Part shown: positions 25,500-37,598 of the stretch, in pieces
Layout of the letters: each line of letters opens with the position of its first letter
Position numbering within the stretch: the stretch's first letter is position 1
Source of the DNA: Welwitschia mirabilis
Lineage: Eukaryota
DNA: 54,648 nt
Assembly: GCA_051453625.1 (NCBI GenBank)
Contig: JBOZIK010000001.1
Location: 22,194,226 to 22,248,873 of the forward strand
Direction of reading: 5' to 3'
The notes under the pieces: generated by a model
What the model saw: only the letters and a program-made list of their open reading frames with translations
The model's database searches: none
What the model was told of the DNA's origin: nothing
Program-made: the position numbers and the translations under genes

Positions 25500-27050
25500 A
25501 AAATTAAACTATTCGAAAACAAAAAAAAGGTATTCCGCTAACTGTTCAGGAGAGGACTGTGAAACAGAATAAAAATGGGGGCGAAACAACCCTAGAGGAA
25601 ACAAACTGAACATGGGGAACTACCTATTTAGAAGAGTAAAAAGCATAGAACTGCTAATAGACTAGGGGTGAAAACGCCCCACGAGACCAAAAATTATAAA
25701 AACAAAATAACTTAAATTTGAAAAGAAAAAGACTTAGAAATAGGAGTATTAGAGTCCTCTACAGAACAGGAACATATTACCATAATTGTGTTCGAGTAAG
25801 AAACAACCCATATCATCAGAGGGTACCTCAAATGCTTGATTTACCTTCTTGAATTCTTCAGCACCTACTGGATTTTTATCTGGATGCAGTCTGAGGGCTT
25901 TCTTTCTGTAGCTGAACTTGATGGCTTAAGGGAGGGCTCTGTGAGAGAGTCCTAATATGACAAAGGGGCATCTCTTCAGTTCTTGATTTGTTGCTAGCAT
26001 AACTTCCCATCAAGTAGCATTCATATTAATGCCTCCTAAGGGTGAGGCTGAATTTCTATTGAAGAAGAGTCTAAGATTAATTTCTGGGTAGGGTTGGGGC
26101 TCTTTGCTAGCTAAGAGGATGTTTAGTCATGCCTACCTCACTTCTGGGAGTTGGGGGAAGGATATTCTTGACCCAGCTCCTTATTTATCTCGTGGACGGG
26201 CTCTTGAGCTGTCTCCTGTTAGGCTGGGGGTGAAAACATCTCCTCTGCATGATATGGAGGTAAATTCGCCCCCCTTAACTAGGGCTTCCATGTGCAGCAG
26301 TTCCCTCGGGATTAGGGCTTCCTTCTATGGTGGCTCTTCTTTTAGAGATTCTCGTAGGGGAAGTATGATGTGGACATCACCGAGAAGGAGGAGGAGGGAC
26401 CTCTCTTGTCCTGAATTAATGGGCTGCTCTCCATAGAGTCAGAACTAAATCCAAGTGTCTTGAGGAGTCTTTCCTTTAAAGATCTTAGATAAAAAAGAAG
26501 GGCAAATTCACTTGGCGCTCTAGATCAAGAGCTTTGAGAAAAGTAAAATAAATTCATAACAGTATAGAGTAGTTCCTAGACTGAATGAAATATCGATCAA
26601 ATAGCTCTGTGCCTAATCCCCACGGGGGTGGTAGTGCCTTTCTATTGATATGCTTGCTTGTCAATTTAGGAACCCCACCGATAAAAAAGTGAAGTACTTC
26701 ACATTGCCCTTAGATTCCAAACAGAATATGTTCTCCTTCTACAGGGATCTCCAATAGTCTAGAAAGGGAATCTTTAGTAATCTCGATAGATATTCTTCTG
26801 AAAGTTGTGCATACTTCTCNNNNNNNNNNNNNNNNNNNNNNNNNNNNNNNNNNNNNNNNNNNNNNNNNNNNNNNNNNNNNNNNNNNNNNNNNNNNNNNNN
26901 ACACTTTTTTCCACAAGGCAAGGCAGCCTTTAAAGAGGACAAGGTCAGAAGACTCGATGATAGGTGTGGCTCCCATCACGATTCTAATTTGGAAATGGTA
27001 GTGTTTGATCCTCCTTGTAGTATTTATAGGAAAAGGTAAGGGGGCATTAT
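25500..27050 (-). mobile_element. Decayed accessory ORF of an LTR retrotransposon (plant transposon protein-like)
   Basis: Minus-strand translation with stops: EVCTTFRRISIEITKDSLSRLLEIPVEGE...RKALPPPWGLGTELFDRYF...FLKALDLERQVNLPFFF. This resembles retroelement extra-ORF motifs (I.IT...L..LL.IP; VNLPFF). TATA-like cctataaata lies on the minus strand at about 27021-27030. Confidence 0.5.
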
Positions 27051-28796
27051 TGAAAATCAGATTGTTTCTTATTCTCCAAATCTGCCAAAACGGTAAACAA
27101 ATCCTATCGATTAATTATGTGTCAGAGGTATTATAGGTCTGACAGTACTTCTTCATAATGGAGATTAATTCTTTGCTCCAAGTGTAATGATGAAATAAAT
27201 ATCTTTAGTTATTAGTTCTCTCATGCTTAGAATTTTATTATTCTCTACATAAAATATGCACATTACATTAAAATAAAATTTCTTTTTTCTCTTCTTTTCT
27301 TAAAATGGAAGGTTGATCTTTACTTTGCTCTAATTATTTTAAATGTTTTGCTACTTGAACTGATCTCCTTTTTTTACTCAAGGTGTTGATGAGTTTCATT
27401 TATTGCTCTTGTAGAGTGGGATCATTTAAATCTCTTATTTCTGACTTTTCAAGTTCNNNNNNNNNNAGAGACTCTTCCCTACCTCTATCTCTTGATTGGC
27501 TCTAGCTTACTTGGGTTCTTCCCTCTTTCTTTGCAATGTATAGGGGGATTTTGACATGGTAACTTATTTTGGTGCTTTGTCTAGCTTTGTGATCCTTCAT
27601 CTAAGGCTTGTCCAATTAGAATTATACAAATGCTCGTAGTGTCACTTATCTTCATTTTTGTAAAAATGTTTATAAAGGTAACTTTTAGTGTATTCATATT
27701 GGTTATAATACAAACTTAGATTAAGTGAAGCTATTGTAGATCTTGTGATGAAACTTAAATAGCTTAATATCTACTTTATAATCCTCAATAATTTTATGAA
27801 TTTTATGGATAAGATATTTACAAGGTGTTTTATTTCACTTTTAAATAATCTAGCTCTTTTTTATTTGAAATCATTTTTAGTTTCTATAGTTCTTTACTGA
27901 TGTACTTAAAAATTCAACAATCTTTTGTTCATCCCCTAGAAGTTTTCTATATAACATTTTCTAGTTGTTTTTGAAATCTATCTAGAAGTCATATAACATC
28001 TGAGGGTAATAGTATAGGCTACAGGAGAATACAAATTCCTCATGCCTAAAACCTATTCTTTTACCTCGCTTAACCTTCATTAGCTGGGATGCATGTACTA
28101 ATTTCATATTGTATTAACAAAATTCTAAATTATTATCTGAGAGGACTCTAGATAAATAAGCCTCATATTACTTTTCAACTTTGTAAGAGATTTTTCCCAT
28201 ATGCTCCTTAATTTTATTTCTTATGTCTAAGGCTTTTTATGCATGTTTTTTTCCCTTCTACTTTTTCAAAACAATTATTAAGGATTAGTTTAAAATTGTC
28301 ACTATATTATTTGAAATTTCTTCAAGATCCCTAATTAAATTTACAAAAATCCTAATTTCATCCTTAATTCCTAATAAAATGGACTCTAAGGATGAATTGT
28401 TAGAAAGAGGAATAGGAACTTGTGCTTCCTTAAACTTTACAATCCTCATTTTAACTTTTACCTCTTTATTTTCTTTTATGAGTTAACTTTTAATCCACCT
28501 ATTTTCTTCCAAGGCCATCTGATAAGTATTGCTGAGAGTTAATGACTTCATCTAATTTTATTTATAGGCATCCACTTCTACTTATATTTCCATATATTTC
28601 TCATTCATTACCTAAAGGTCAACCAAAATTTTAATTGAATTTTTTTTATTCAAAGATAGAGTCCTCTCATTATGTATAAAGTTAATATATTTTACTGCTA
28701 TTCAATATATTTAGCATCATGTTTATTATGGCCAAATTCTACAATAAAGAACAAATAGCTCTCATCTATCTCTTGGTAAGGCTTCTAAAGCATTCG

Positions 28797-28885
28797 TTTT
28801 ATCTAAAGCTACTTCTAACTCTATAATTCATTTATTTTATCTAAAGCTACTTCTAACTCTATAATTCGTTTTATCTAAAGCTACT
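28797..28885 (+). repeat. About 2.5 tandem copies of ttttatctaaagctacttctaactctataattc
   Basis: Copies at 28797-28829, 28836-28867 and a partial copy at 28869-28885. Confidence 0.9.
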
Positions 28886-31800
28886 ATGAACTATGGTATC
28901 CCACAAAAACTTCTTTTGAACTTCCACGTTTTAGTAATGCAGACTAGGTCGATTGCAAAGATGACCATAAAACCTCCAGTGGAAATTGTTTCCTTCTAGG
29001 ATCATGCTTGGTAGGATGGAAAAATAAAAAGAAAAATTCTAATTTTCTTTTCATAGCAGAAGTAGAATACATAACAGCAAGAAGTTATTATACCCATCTT
29101 CTATGGATGAAAGAAATGCTCAAAGACTTTGGAGCTAACTATAGTCAGGTACTAATTTTTTGTAATAATACTAGCATAGTTAATATCTCAAAAAACCCTA
29201 TTCAGCAGTATCAAATAAAATATATTAAACTTAGACATTATTTTCTTAGAGATCAAGTAGAAAAGGGTCACATTTTCATGAATTTTGTATGCACTGCTAA
29301 ATAGCTAGCTAATATTTTCATGAAACCCCTAAACTTTGACAATTTTCTAAGTCTTCGTCATGAATTGGGGGTTGTTTCTCTATCCTTTAATTGGAAGCAA
29401 GGCAGTCAACCAAATATATAATTCAGTAGACTTGACCTAGAGAAGTCTAGTTAACTAAAATTTTAACCCAGTAGCTCGGAAGTTTCCTAGACAAAACTGA
29501 AATTAGTTGGGTCGACTGAACTACAATACCAGTTGATTAGATATGAGATGTTCTTAACCCATGCCTCGACAAGTAGACTAGAATATGGTCTGGTTAATCA
29601 AACCTATAGGTTTAAGAGTAGAAGAAAGACAGTGGACCTAATTTTTTCTCAGATTTAATCTATTTTGTTCCCCTTATAAAATTCTTTTGAAACCCCACCT
29701 ACCTCATTTCCACCTATTTCTTTGTATTTTTTAAATCTTATTTGTTTCCTTCCATATCTCTTAATTTTTAGCAAGTGCCATGTGTCTCCATGGTAGAAGG
29801 ACCTTTTAGAACAGCTAGTTCTACTTAGGAATGTCAAATGAATCCTTGGACAAGTTTACTAAGAAGTTTAAAAAGAAGCCTATCTATCAAGAGAGGCTAG
29901 TAGCTTCAAGAGAACTCAAAGAACTTATGGATGTGGTAAGATTGCTTAATGGTCTAGATCTCTCTTATTTCCTTGAGATTTCTAAGTCTGCACACCCATT
30001 TCTTACTCACATAGTCTATTGTAATGCCTCATATGATGTGGATTCCTATACCCTTTCAATGCTTGTTTTGGGGGAAAAGAATAAGCGTTACCCCAAATTT
30101 GATAGCCTCCCTCATAAATCTACCTAGAGAAGATTATGACGAGTTGTGTCCCTTGGGTAACTCCATGGAGAATAAGGCGGAAATTACTAGGAGCTCTCTG
30201 GAAAACTCATTTAGTGGAAAACCACCCTTTCCACCTCTCATCTCATTCCCAAATATCGTTTTCTTCATCTAATTTTTACCTATAATTTTTTACCTCTTGC
30301 TGATTATCATGATGAGACCTCAAATTATTGTACTTATCTTCTATATTTGGTGGGAACATGTCCTTTCATTGATGCTTTTGTAATCATTCTTAAGAATATG
30401 GCCTCTTAGCTAGAATACCAAAAGACTCAAGCTCTTCTTTACTCTATCCTAATGGCAAATATCTGTCACTACTTTAGGGTACAAATGTACCTAAACTTGA
30501 GACCTTAACTCTCGTGTCTTCCCTTGGGCATGATACTCTATTCCACATGCACATCTTCTTTAGCTTGAAGAAATATTTTAAATCTTCTTCTTTGAAGCAG
30601 GACTCCCCTAACAAGACTCTATCGTATCTTAAAAGGCTAGATTTGTGCACTCATTACATGAATGAGGCACTTATTATAGTAGGCTCCAAAATTACAAACA
30701 CTTATAAGGAAGCCGGTAGCTCTCAACAGAAGGTAGCAGAAGAAGAAGAAGAAGAAGAAGAAGATGGCTCAGATTCTAAAGAAGAATATAAGGAAGAGGA
30801 AGAGGAAGAATCAGATGAGTCTTCTTATGGTTTTTGTTTTTATTGTTGTTATTGTTTTTCTTACTTTTGTTTTCTCTTTTTTGTCATTGATGTCAAAAGA
30901 AGGAGAGAAAGGGTCCATATAAAATTANNNNNNNNNNNNNNCTTTAGCATGATTATCTATTAGTTGTACTACTTAAATTTGGTTAATAGTAATAAATGCC
31001 TATATCCGTTATACCACTTACTAATGAATGACATATTTCCTATAGACTATGCCTTCAAAAATTTGTTTGACTATTTATCTTTAGAAAATCATTATGAATG
31101 ATTGTTTTAAATAAACATGTTATTATTCTGGTTAATAATATTTCATGTTTTTATTATGGACATATTGTGAGGGGGAGTTTTCATAATAAGCTTGACAATT
31201 TGTTATATATAAATAAGTATAGTTTGCCATCAAGGTCAAAGGGGAAGANNNNNNNNNNTGTAATTTTTGTAGAAAATAAGAGTTCTTGCAGGTCAAAAGT
31301 AGCTCAACATTTTTCACTAGCTTTACTTACACGTGACAAGTGACAAAACAAATAAGGGGTCGACTGAATCCCAAAGGGGTTGACCAGACCTGTACTAAAG
31401 TTGATCTAATTAATTTATCAAGGGATCGACCAGATTTTGGAGAGTTTGACTAGACATGTGCTAAAAACTACCAAATTAGTTTATCAAGGGGTAAATCAGA
31501 TTTCAAAGGAATTGACCAGTCCTATGCNNNNNNNNNNNNNNNNNNNNNNNNNNNNNNNNNNNNNNNNNNNNNNNNNNNNNNNNNNNNNNNNNNNNNNNNN
31601 NNNNNNNNNNNNNNNNNNNNNNNNNNNNNNNNNNNNNNNNNNNNNNNNNNNNNNNNNNNNNNNNNNNNNNNNNNNNNNNNNNNNNNNNNNNNNNNNNNNN
31701 NNNNNNNNNNNNNNNNNNNNNNNNNNNNNNNNNNNNNNNNNNNNNNNNNNNNNNNNNNNNNNNNNNNNNNNNNNNNNNNNNNNNNNNNNNNNNNNNNNNN

Positions 31801-32396
31801 NNNNNNNNNNNNNNNNNNNTATGTTCTATATAAGGCATATAAGTCAAAATCTTTAAAAGGGATTTTTGACAAACCAAAAAGAAAAGGCACTCTTTTGTAC
31901 TATTGAGATTTTGATCAAACAGACTGCATTGTATGTATTTGGATTTGTGAACTTTCTTTCAGACAGTGTATTTCTAACTTTGTTGTACTTTAGATGTGGT
32001 GAGGTCAATGCATTCTGGCACGCTATTGTCATCAAAAGCTTTGCTCTATAAAGGTTGAGACTTAGCCTTGAAAATTTTGTTTGTAAAAGTCACAAGTTGA
32101 CCTGAGAAACCTAAAAAGAAAGCAATAAGGATTCAAATCAACTGAGGGTTAAAGTTGACTACCAATAGTGGAGTAAAGAATTTCCTGAATCACTATAAAG
32201 TGTGTATCTAATGATCTTCTTTAGTATTTTCTACTTTTAGTTGTTTTCATGTTCCTTCATTTGATCTTATTTAATAATAACTTAGTCTGTTAATTTGAAT
32301 ACTCAATATTCTTTTGGTGAATTTTTAGAGGGTAAATTGAAATTACAAATCCTATTCACTCCCCCCACCCCCCAAACCAAGGTTCTAGATCCTACA
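28872..32396 (+). mobile_element. 5'-truncated Sirevirus/Maximus-like Ty1/copia element: RT end and RNase H, extra (env-like) ORF, multiple PPTs, 3' LTR
   Basis: RNase H remnant at 28890-29390: LWYP...FSNAD*VDCKDDHKTSSGNCFLLGSCLVGWKNKK...AEVEY...FCNNTSIVNISKNPIQ...LRDQVEKG...LANIFMKPL. Frameshifted extra ORF at 29831-30850 with an acidic tail. PPT-like motifs at about 30890 (tgatgtcaaaagaaggaga), 31169 (gagggggag) and 31235 (tcaaaggggaaga). LTR about 31259 (TG) to 32396 (CA), ending with the C-rich cctattcactcccccc signal. Confidence 0.8.
30738..30763 (+). repeat. (GAA)n trinucleotide repeat (poly-Glu) in the extra ORF
   Basis: gaagaagaagaagaagaagaagaaga. Confidence 0.85.
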
Positions 32397-32449
32397 ATGA
32401 TATGCAGTAGATAACTTATAATAAATTCATACTTGAGTGAGAGTTTTTT

Positions 32450-34940
32450 TTAAACTTCACTAGTGAAATGGGTTTCTCTATCTGAGATTATACTTCTTGG
32501 TGCTTTAAACCTATAGATAATTCTTGATTAAAAAATGTGACCATAGATTAAGAGAAACACTAAGAGATAGTATTAGCCTTTGCTCACTTAGTAATGTAAT
32601 TAATACAAACCAAAATGTATCTTTTTCTATAGGATGAAGGATTAATAAGACCAATAAAATGTATTCTCCATAAACTAAAGGGTTTAGTTCATTAAATTCA
32701 TTGCTATGGAATCTAAAATATTTGAGTAAATGCTCCTTCATTTTGACAGCTATCACAACTTTAAACATAAGTAAATGAATCCTTAAATATTATAGGTCAG
32801 TAACATTTCATATGAAAGATTTTTAGCTCTATTCTTATTACACCAAAGCTTTTTTCACTTTCTCCCTTATGGGCTTATTTAAGAATTTCTTTCTATAATT
32901 CTTCTTTCACATACCTTCTACTAACCTTGTCCTTACATTTTTAAATAACATCTTATCATGTCATATATAATATTTGGCTTCGTTTAATAATCCTTTGTTT
33001 CATAGTAGTTTATGTAAGATGATAATTTTTTACTTACTATAAAATTAGCTATGTTGGCATTGCAATAATTTGTTTTGATTTGGAAAAGATGTTCATCAAA
33101 AAAACTCATTCCTCACATTTATTTGTTTCTCTTCATTAGAAAATTCTAGTCTTAATAGGTGATCTGCCACTACATTTTCTGTCTCTTCCCTATCAATAAT
33201 TTTTAAGTTCTCCATTAGTAATTTGCATCTTAAGCTTCTTGAGTTCAATTCCTTTTATTCATCAAGAATTTAATTTTGCTATGATTAGTGTGAACTTTTA
33301 CTTCATATCCCAAAATGCAATATCTAAATTTTTCCAATGTCATAACTATTGCTAAAACTCTTACTTAGTTACTATATAATCTTGTTGAGTGGTTTTAAAT
33401 TCTTACTAATGTAAACAATGGAATATGATTTTTTTCATCATCTTTGTTTCTTAAAATTGCTTTCATAGCATGGTCAAATGCATTAATCACTATGTGGAAT
33501 GTTTTCCTCTAACATTCATCAGTTGATCATATTCCACATATTTCTATAAAAGATTACTAAGGGGTTTAGTGATCTTACTAAAATTAGCCATAAATTTTCT
33601 ATAATATCCTACATGCCCCAAGAAAGATATTAATTCCTTTAATTAAGGGTAATATATCTTTTATAGCCTTAATATTTTACTCATCTATCTTAATTTATTT
33701 TTAAGAGATGTGGCTCTTAGACTAGCTTGGCTTTAACCTTTCCTCCTCATACCTTTGTAAAACCTTTTGTAGCCTATCACGTAATTCATCAAATTTATTT
33801 TCAAAATTGAGAAGTCATCCATAAATACTTTCACTAATCTCTCTATTATATCCTAAAAATACTATTCACCAAGCTTTGGAATATAGCTAAGACAATACAA
33901 AAACCAAATGGTAAAAAGTGTAAGAGTTCCAATAATAGGTAAAGGTTGTTTCTTTTCTTGATCTTATAAAGCTATTAAAATCTAATTGTATCTACTATGA
34001 TCATTAACAAACCTATAGTATTGATGCCCAAATATTTTTTTATGACTTGATCTATAAAGGATAAAGGAGAATGATCCTTACAGAGTGGTTTCATTCAACA
34101 TCGTAAAATCTCTGCATTTGTTTTCCTTTTTTAATACTACGGTAATAGGGCTAACCTATTTTAAATCTGCTATAAGATATATAAATCCCACATTTAAGAA
34201 ATTTCCTACTTGATCACTTCTTACATGTGTGGATTGCATCATCTTTTAGGTTTCCTGTTTGGTTTAATAGAGAATCTAGATAAATCCTATGCTAATATAT
34301 CATTAGATCTATTCCTATAATGTCCATGTGCTTCCATGTAAAGGTTTCTTTTTCCTTAACTATCATCTTTTTAAGACTCCTTTTCTAAGGGTTGAATTAC
34401 TATTAATGATTAAAGGTTTATTAGGAGCTATTTCAATGCATTTCAATCCTTCTTTTAAGAGGTATTTCTATTTTTTAAGGTGTTAAGCTTTCTTCTTTGT
34501 ACTTTTCTTTATTTTTTTCTTTTATAATCATATTAGCTTTTTAATTTAGAATAGCATTAGTCCTAGTTTTTGTATCAAATTATATTTCTTCTAAAACAAA
34601 AGCATCAGATAATTTTATTTTCTAATTTAGTTCTTTCAAGCTAATTTCCATATGGTAGCATTAACATTAATTATTCATAATATTCCTAAAATAACTGCAT
34701 GGGTATCTCCTTGGGTTTTCATTACTAAAGTTTATACTAGATAAATAAACCACTAGAGCTCAATAGGTAGATCTTTTAGAACTCCCTTAGGTGTTATTAT
34801 TAATCCATTTGCTAAATATAATTTTCCTTAGTAAGCTGTAACTCTAAATTTTCCAATTTTTCATAAGTTTCATAAGCCATCACATTAATACTGGTTGGTA
34901 AAACTAGTAAAGCTTCTATCTTAAATTTATTATCAATCTT
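32450..34940 (-). mobile_element. Degenerate Ty3/gypsy pol remnant (RT/RNase H)
   Basis: Minus-strand motifs KDHSPLSFIDQV (about 34080-34045), LPFG (about 33915) and KELISFLGHVGYY (about 33640-33601). Many stops; boundaries approximate. Confidence 0.7.
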
Positions 34941-35977
34941 TATGTAAAGCTTTTCCTTTTAAAGATGTATCATTTTTTTGGAAAGGGTAATTTTTTTTTA
35001 AATGGGGCTTGTTTTTAAGGGGAGAAAATTATTTTTTTAAAAAAAGAGGGACATGTTTCCTTTAAGGGCCATATTGTTTTTTTAAAAAAAGAAAACACAA
35101 TTTTATTTTGAGGGGTATCTTATCTTAAATTTCCTTTTTTTAAAAAAATATAAAAGCTTTTTTTAAGGTTTTCTTTTTTTTTTTTTTTGTGTGGTGGTTG
35201 GGATCCTGACCCACCAACCTAAGCTACCCCATCGACCTCTTTGTCAGTGCTATCATTTCCATAATGTCTTTGTAGTGTAAAACATCCAATTTCTTCCCCA
35301 GTATAAACATCAGTGATTTTAGTTTGGGTCGGTTAAAAAATTGGCCTCAGTTCTATTTGTTTTGGAATTGAAAAGCTTCTTTTATTAAGGTGAAATCATT
35401 AGTGCCACTTTGTTCCTACTGTTAGATCCTTTTCCCCCATCGTGTTGTGCTCCTAGCGCACCCCTGCTTTTGTAGCTCCATAGGTCTACACATTTACTTC
35501 GCCTGCTGCACTACCTACATCTCCATGCGCCTGCTGCGACCAATCACTTGCTTCCTGCATCCGCTCCTATATCTTGCTACTAGGAAGGCTATCATCCATT
35601 TAAGATCACTCCTTTCAACGAACCCCATCAAAATATCAAACTCACTAAGAGTCATCCTAAATCACTGATACAAACATAAAAACACGTAGGCAGGTGCTAA
35701 GCCAACAAGACGTACAACAAAACATAAAAGTCAACAAGGCAAACCACTAAAAAGGCATTTAGCCATTACATAAAATAATTCAGTGATTTGTTGTTAAAGA
35801 TCCCTTCTGCCAGAATAATCATAGCAAATTTACGATTCGCTAATGTAGCTGCTAAGCATTCTTCAAGTACCGAAATCATTCTAACTTAAGTAGCTATTAC
35901 ACAGCTTTTGAGACCAGAGAATTCAAAACCTAATGGCCATTCAAAAAAAACTTCAGATGGAAAACAGGAAGTCCATC

Positions 35978-36639
35978 TCAGTTAAGTTTGTAATCTACAA
36001 TCAAAGAATTCATAACAGAGTCCATCCAGAGAAATTCATCCTTTTCCTCAACTTCACTATAGATCTCATTATGCTGCCCCTTCCGTCTTCCAAGATATCA
36101 AGGATTTCTGCATTCTCACTGTGTTTTACAACAATAACATGGAATTTTCTAGAGATTTGGTGGGAATTGGGAGCTTCAAAATGGCCTTTCTGAACCTTGG
36201 ATGCAGAGGCAGTACCTGAGGATATACGTTTCTTTTGTTGTGTAAAGTCACCCAGATTTTTCCTTTCTTAATTTTTCTTACATTGTCTGGATAACCTAGA
36301 AGCACTGCAAACGATTATGTTATTTTCTTCTTTGGGCCTTGTGTCTTTGTAACCTTCCTGGAGGATTTAGTAAAGACTAGAAATGATTCATCTTTACTAA
36401 GAGATAATCCATTCGGGACCTGAAGATTATCCATGAGTATTGAAGTCTGCTTTGTTTCGAGGTCATATCTTATGATTTTTCCAATGGAATCTGTAGAGAA
36501 AACCAGCTAAATGAAGTTCTTGCCAGAATAGACATTGGAAGACTTCATAAAGAAAGGAACCGACTTGAGAACCGATATCCAAATCATTCGAAAACCTAAG
36601 CGGAATCCCATCGATTTCTGATAGCAGCGGAGTAGCAAG
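35978..36639 (-). pseudogene. Strictosidine synthase-like (SSL3-type) pseudogene, 5'-truncated and intronless
   Basis: Minus-strand translation: LATPLLSEIDGIPLRFSNDLDI /fs/ SSNVYSGKNFI*LVFSTDSIGKIIRYDLETKQTSILMDNLQVPNGLSLSKDESFLVF...GPKKKIT*SFAVLLGYPDNVRKIKKGKIWVTLHNKRN...HPRFRKAILKLPIP /fs/ HVIVVKHSENAEILDILEDGRGSIMRSI /fs/ EVEEKDEFLWMDSVMNSLIVDYKLN*. The hallmark SSL motifs are NDLDI, PNG.SLSKD, G.PDN.R and SEVEE.DG.LW.GS. In-frame stops at 36507-36509 and 36315-36317. Confidence 0.9.
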
Positions 36640-37586
36640 GATGCCTCAGAAAGTTCATGTAGCGACTATGTTCGATCACTTATATCTGAAACCCTAATAA
36701 CAAAATAATAAAATAGACATATGCACAGTCCATTGATACTTGTTATAGCGATTTTGCTAAATCGTGGTATGATGTCTTCTTTCTAGCGATCCGCAATGAA
36801 CAATATCTCTAAAATTATGTCCAAGCTCATTTTACGCGTCAATAACACTGGTCTCAACGCGTCTTAACTAGAAATCCAGAAATTGTGCATTTAGTACAAC
36901 CAAAAGATCTACATTGGGACTATTCAGAATGCTAGTAATTATCATAGAATTACTCACAGAGTACGCTTGAATTGCTTCAACATTTCGCTAAATGAAGGTC
37001 TGGGAAAGGAGAAAACTCTATGACGCGGATCATTTTCCATAAGCCATGGTAGAAGTACTTCACCACAATATGGTTGACATGCCAAAGAAATAGGATCCAA
37101 GCATGAACGTATCTATGTATATCTATTAAAATATAGATGTGAACTGTATCATTTTTTTATTTTTTAAATAACAAGTAAACTCAATTAGCAAGATTAGATG
37201 TCTAGCATCCCTTTCAATAACTTATGAGATATAGATCTTAAGTGTTATAACTTAGATTAACTAATACTCTACCAAATGCTTAGGATTACACATGAATAGA
37301 CGTTGTCTATACTAGGACTTATTGGCTTGACAGACTACAACTAGTCACTCTAATTTTACCGTTCATTTTATGTAAATTACCTCAAGTAGAGAGTGATGAA
37401 CTTGATCATGTTGAGTTTAAAACTATAAATTAGATTATAACTAGTTATATGCATAGAAATACTTGGATAATAAATGACATCTTAAAATTTTTAGGTAGTA
37501 TTTTAGAATAATTTTTTTTTTTTTGAGTCTTACATTGATGGTTAAAGTTTTAGAATTTTTTTTTGATCTTAATGGGTTTAAAATTT

Positions 37587-37598
37587 TGATATCAGAGC
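37587..37598 (+). mobile_element. tRNA-Met(i) primer-binding-site-like motif, followed by a probable nested LTR start (TGTAATAGCCC at 37629)
   Basis: TGATATCAGAGC is one mismatch from the canonical TGGTATCAGAGC. TGTAAyAGCCC is a typical Tekay/Del LTR start. Confidence 0.5.

Noticed and set aside
28797..28885. Short direct repeats considered as CRISPR-like
   Set aside because: Eukaryotic context, no unique spacers, no cas genes.
34940..35190. Homopolymer-rich A/T/G stretch; T-run considered as polyA tail of the SSL retrocopy
   Set aside because: Looks like low-quality or low-complexity sequence, lies about 800 bp from the stop codon, and no TSD was found.
35447..36193. Plus-strand ORFs of 73 aa and 86 aa
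   Set aside because: No recognisable homology. The 86-aa ORF is the antisense shadow of the SSL pseudogene.
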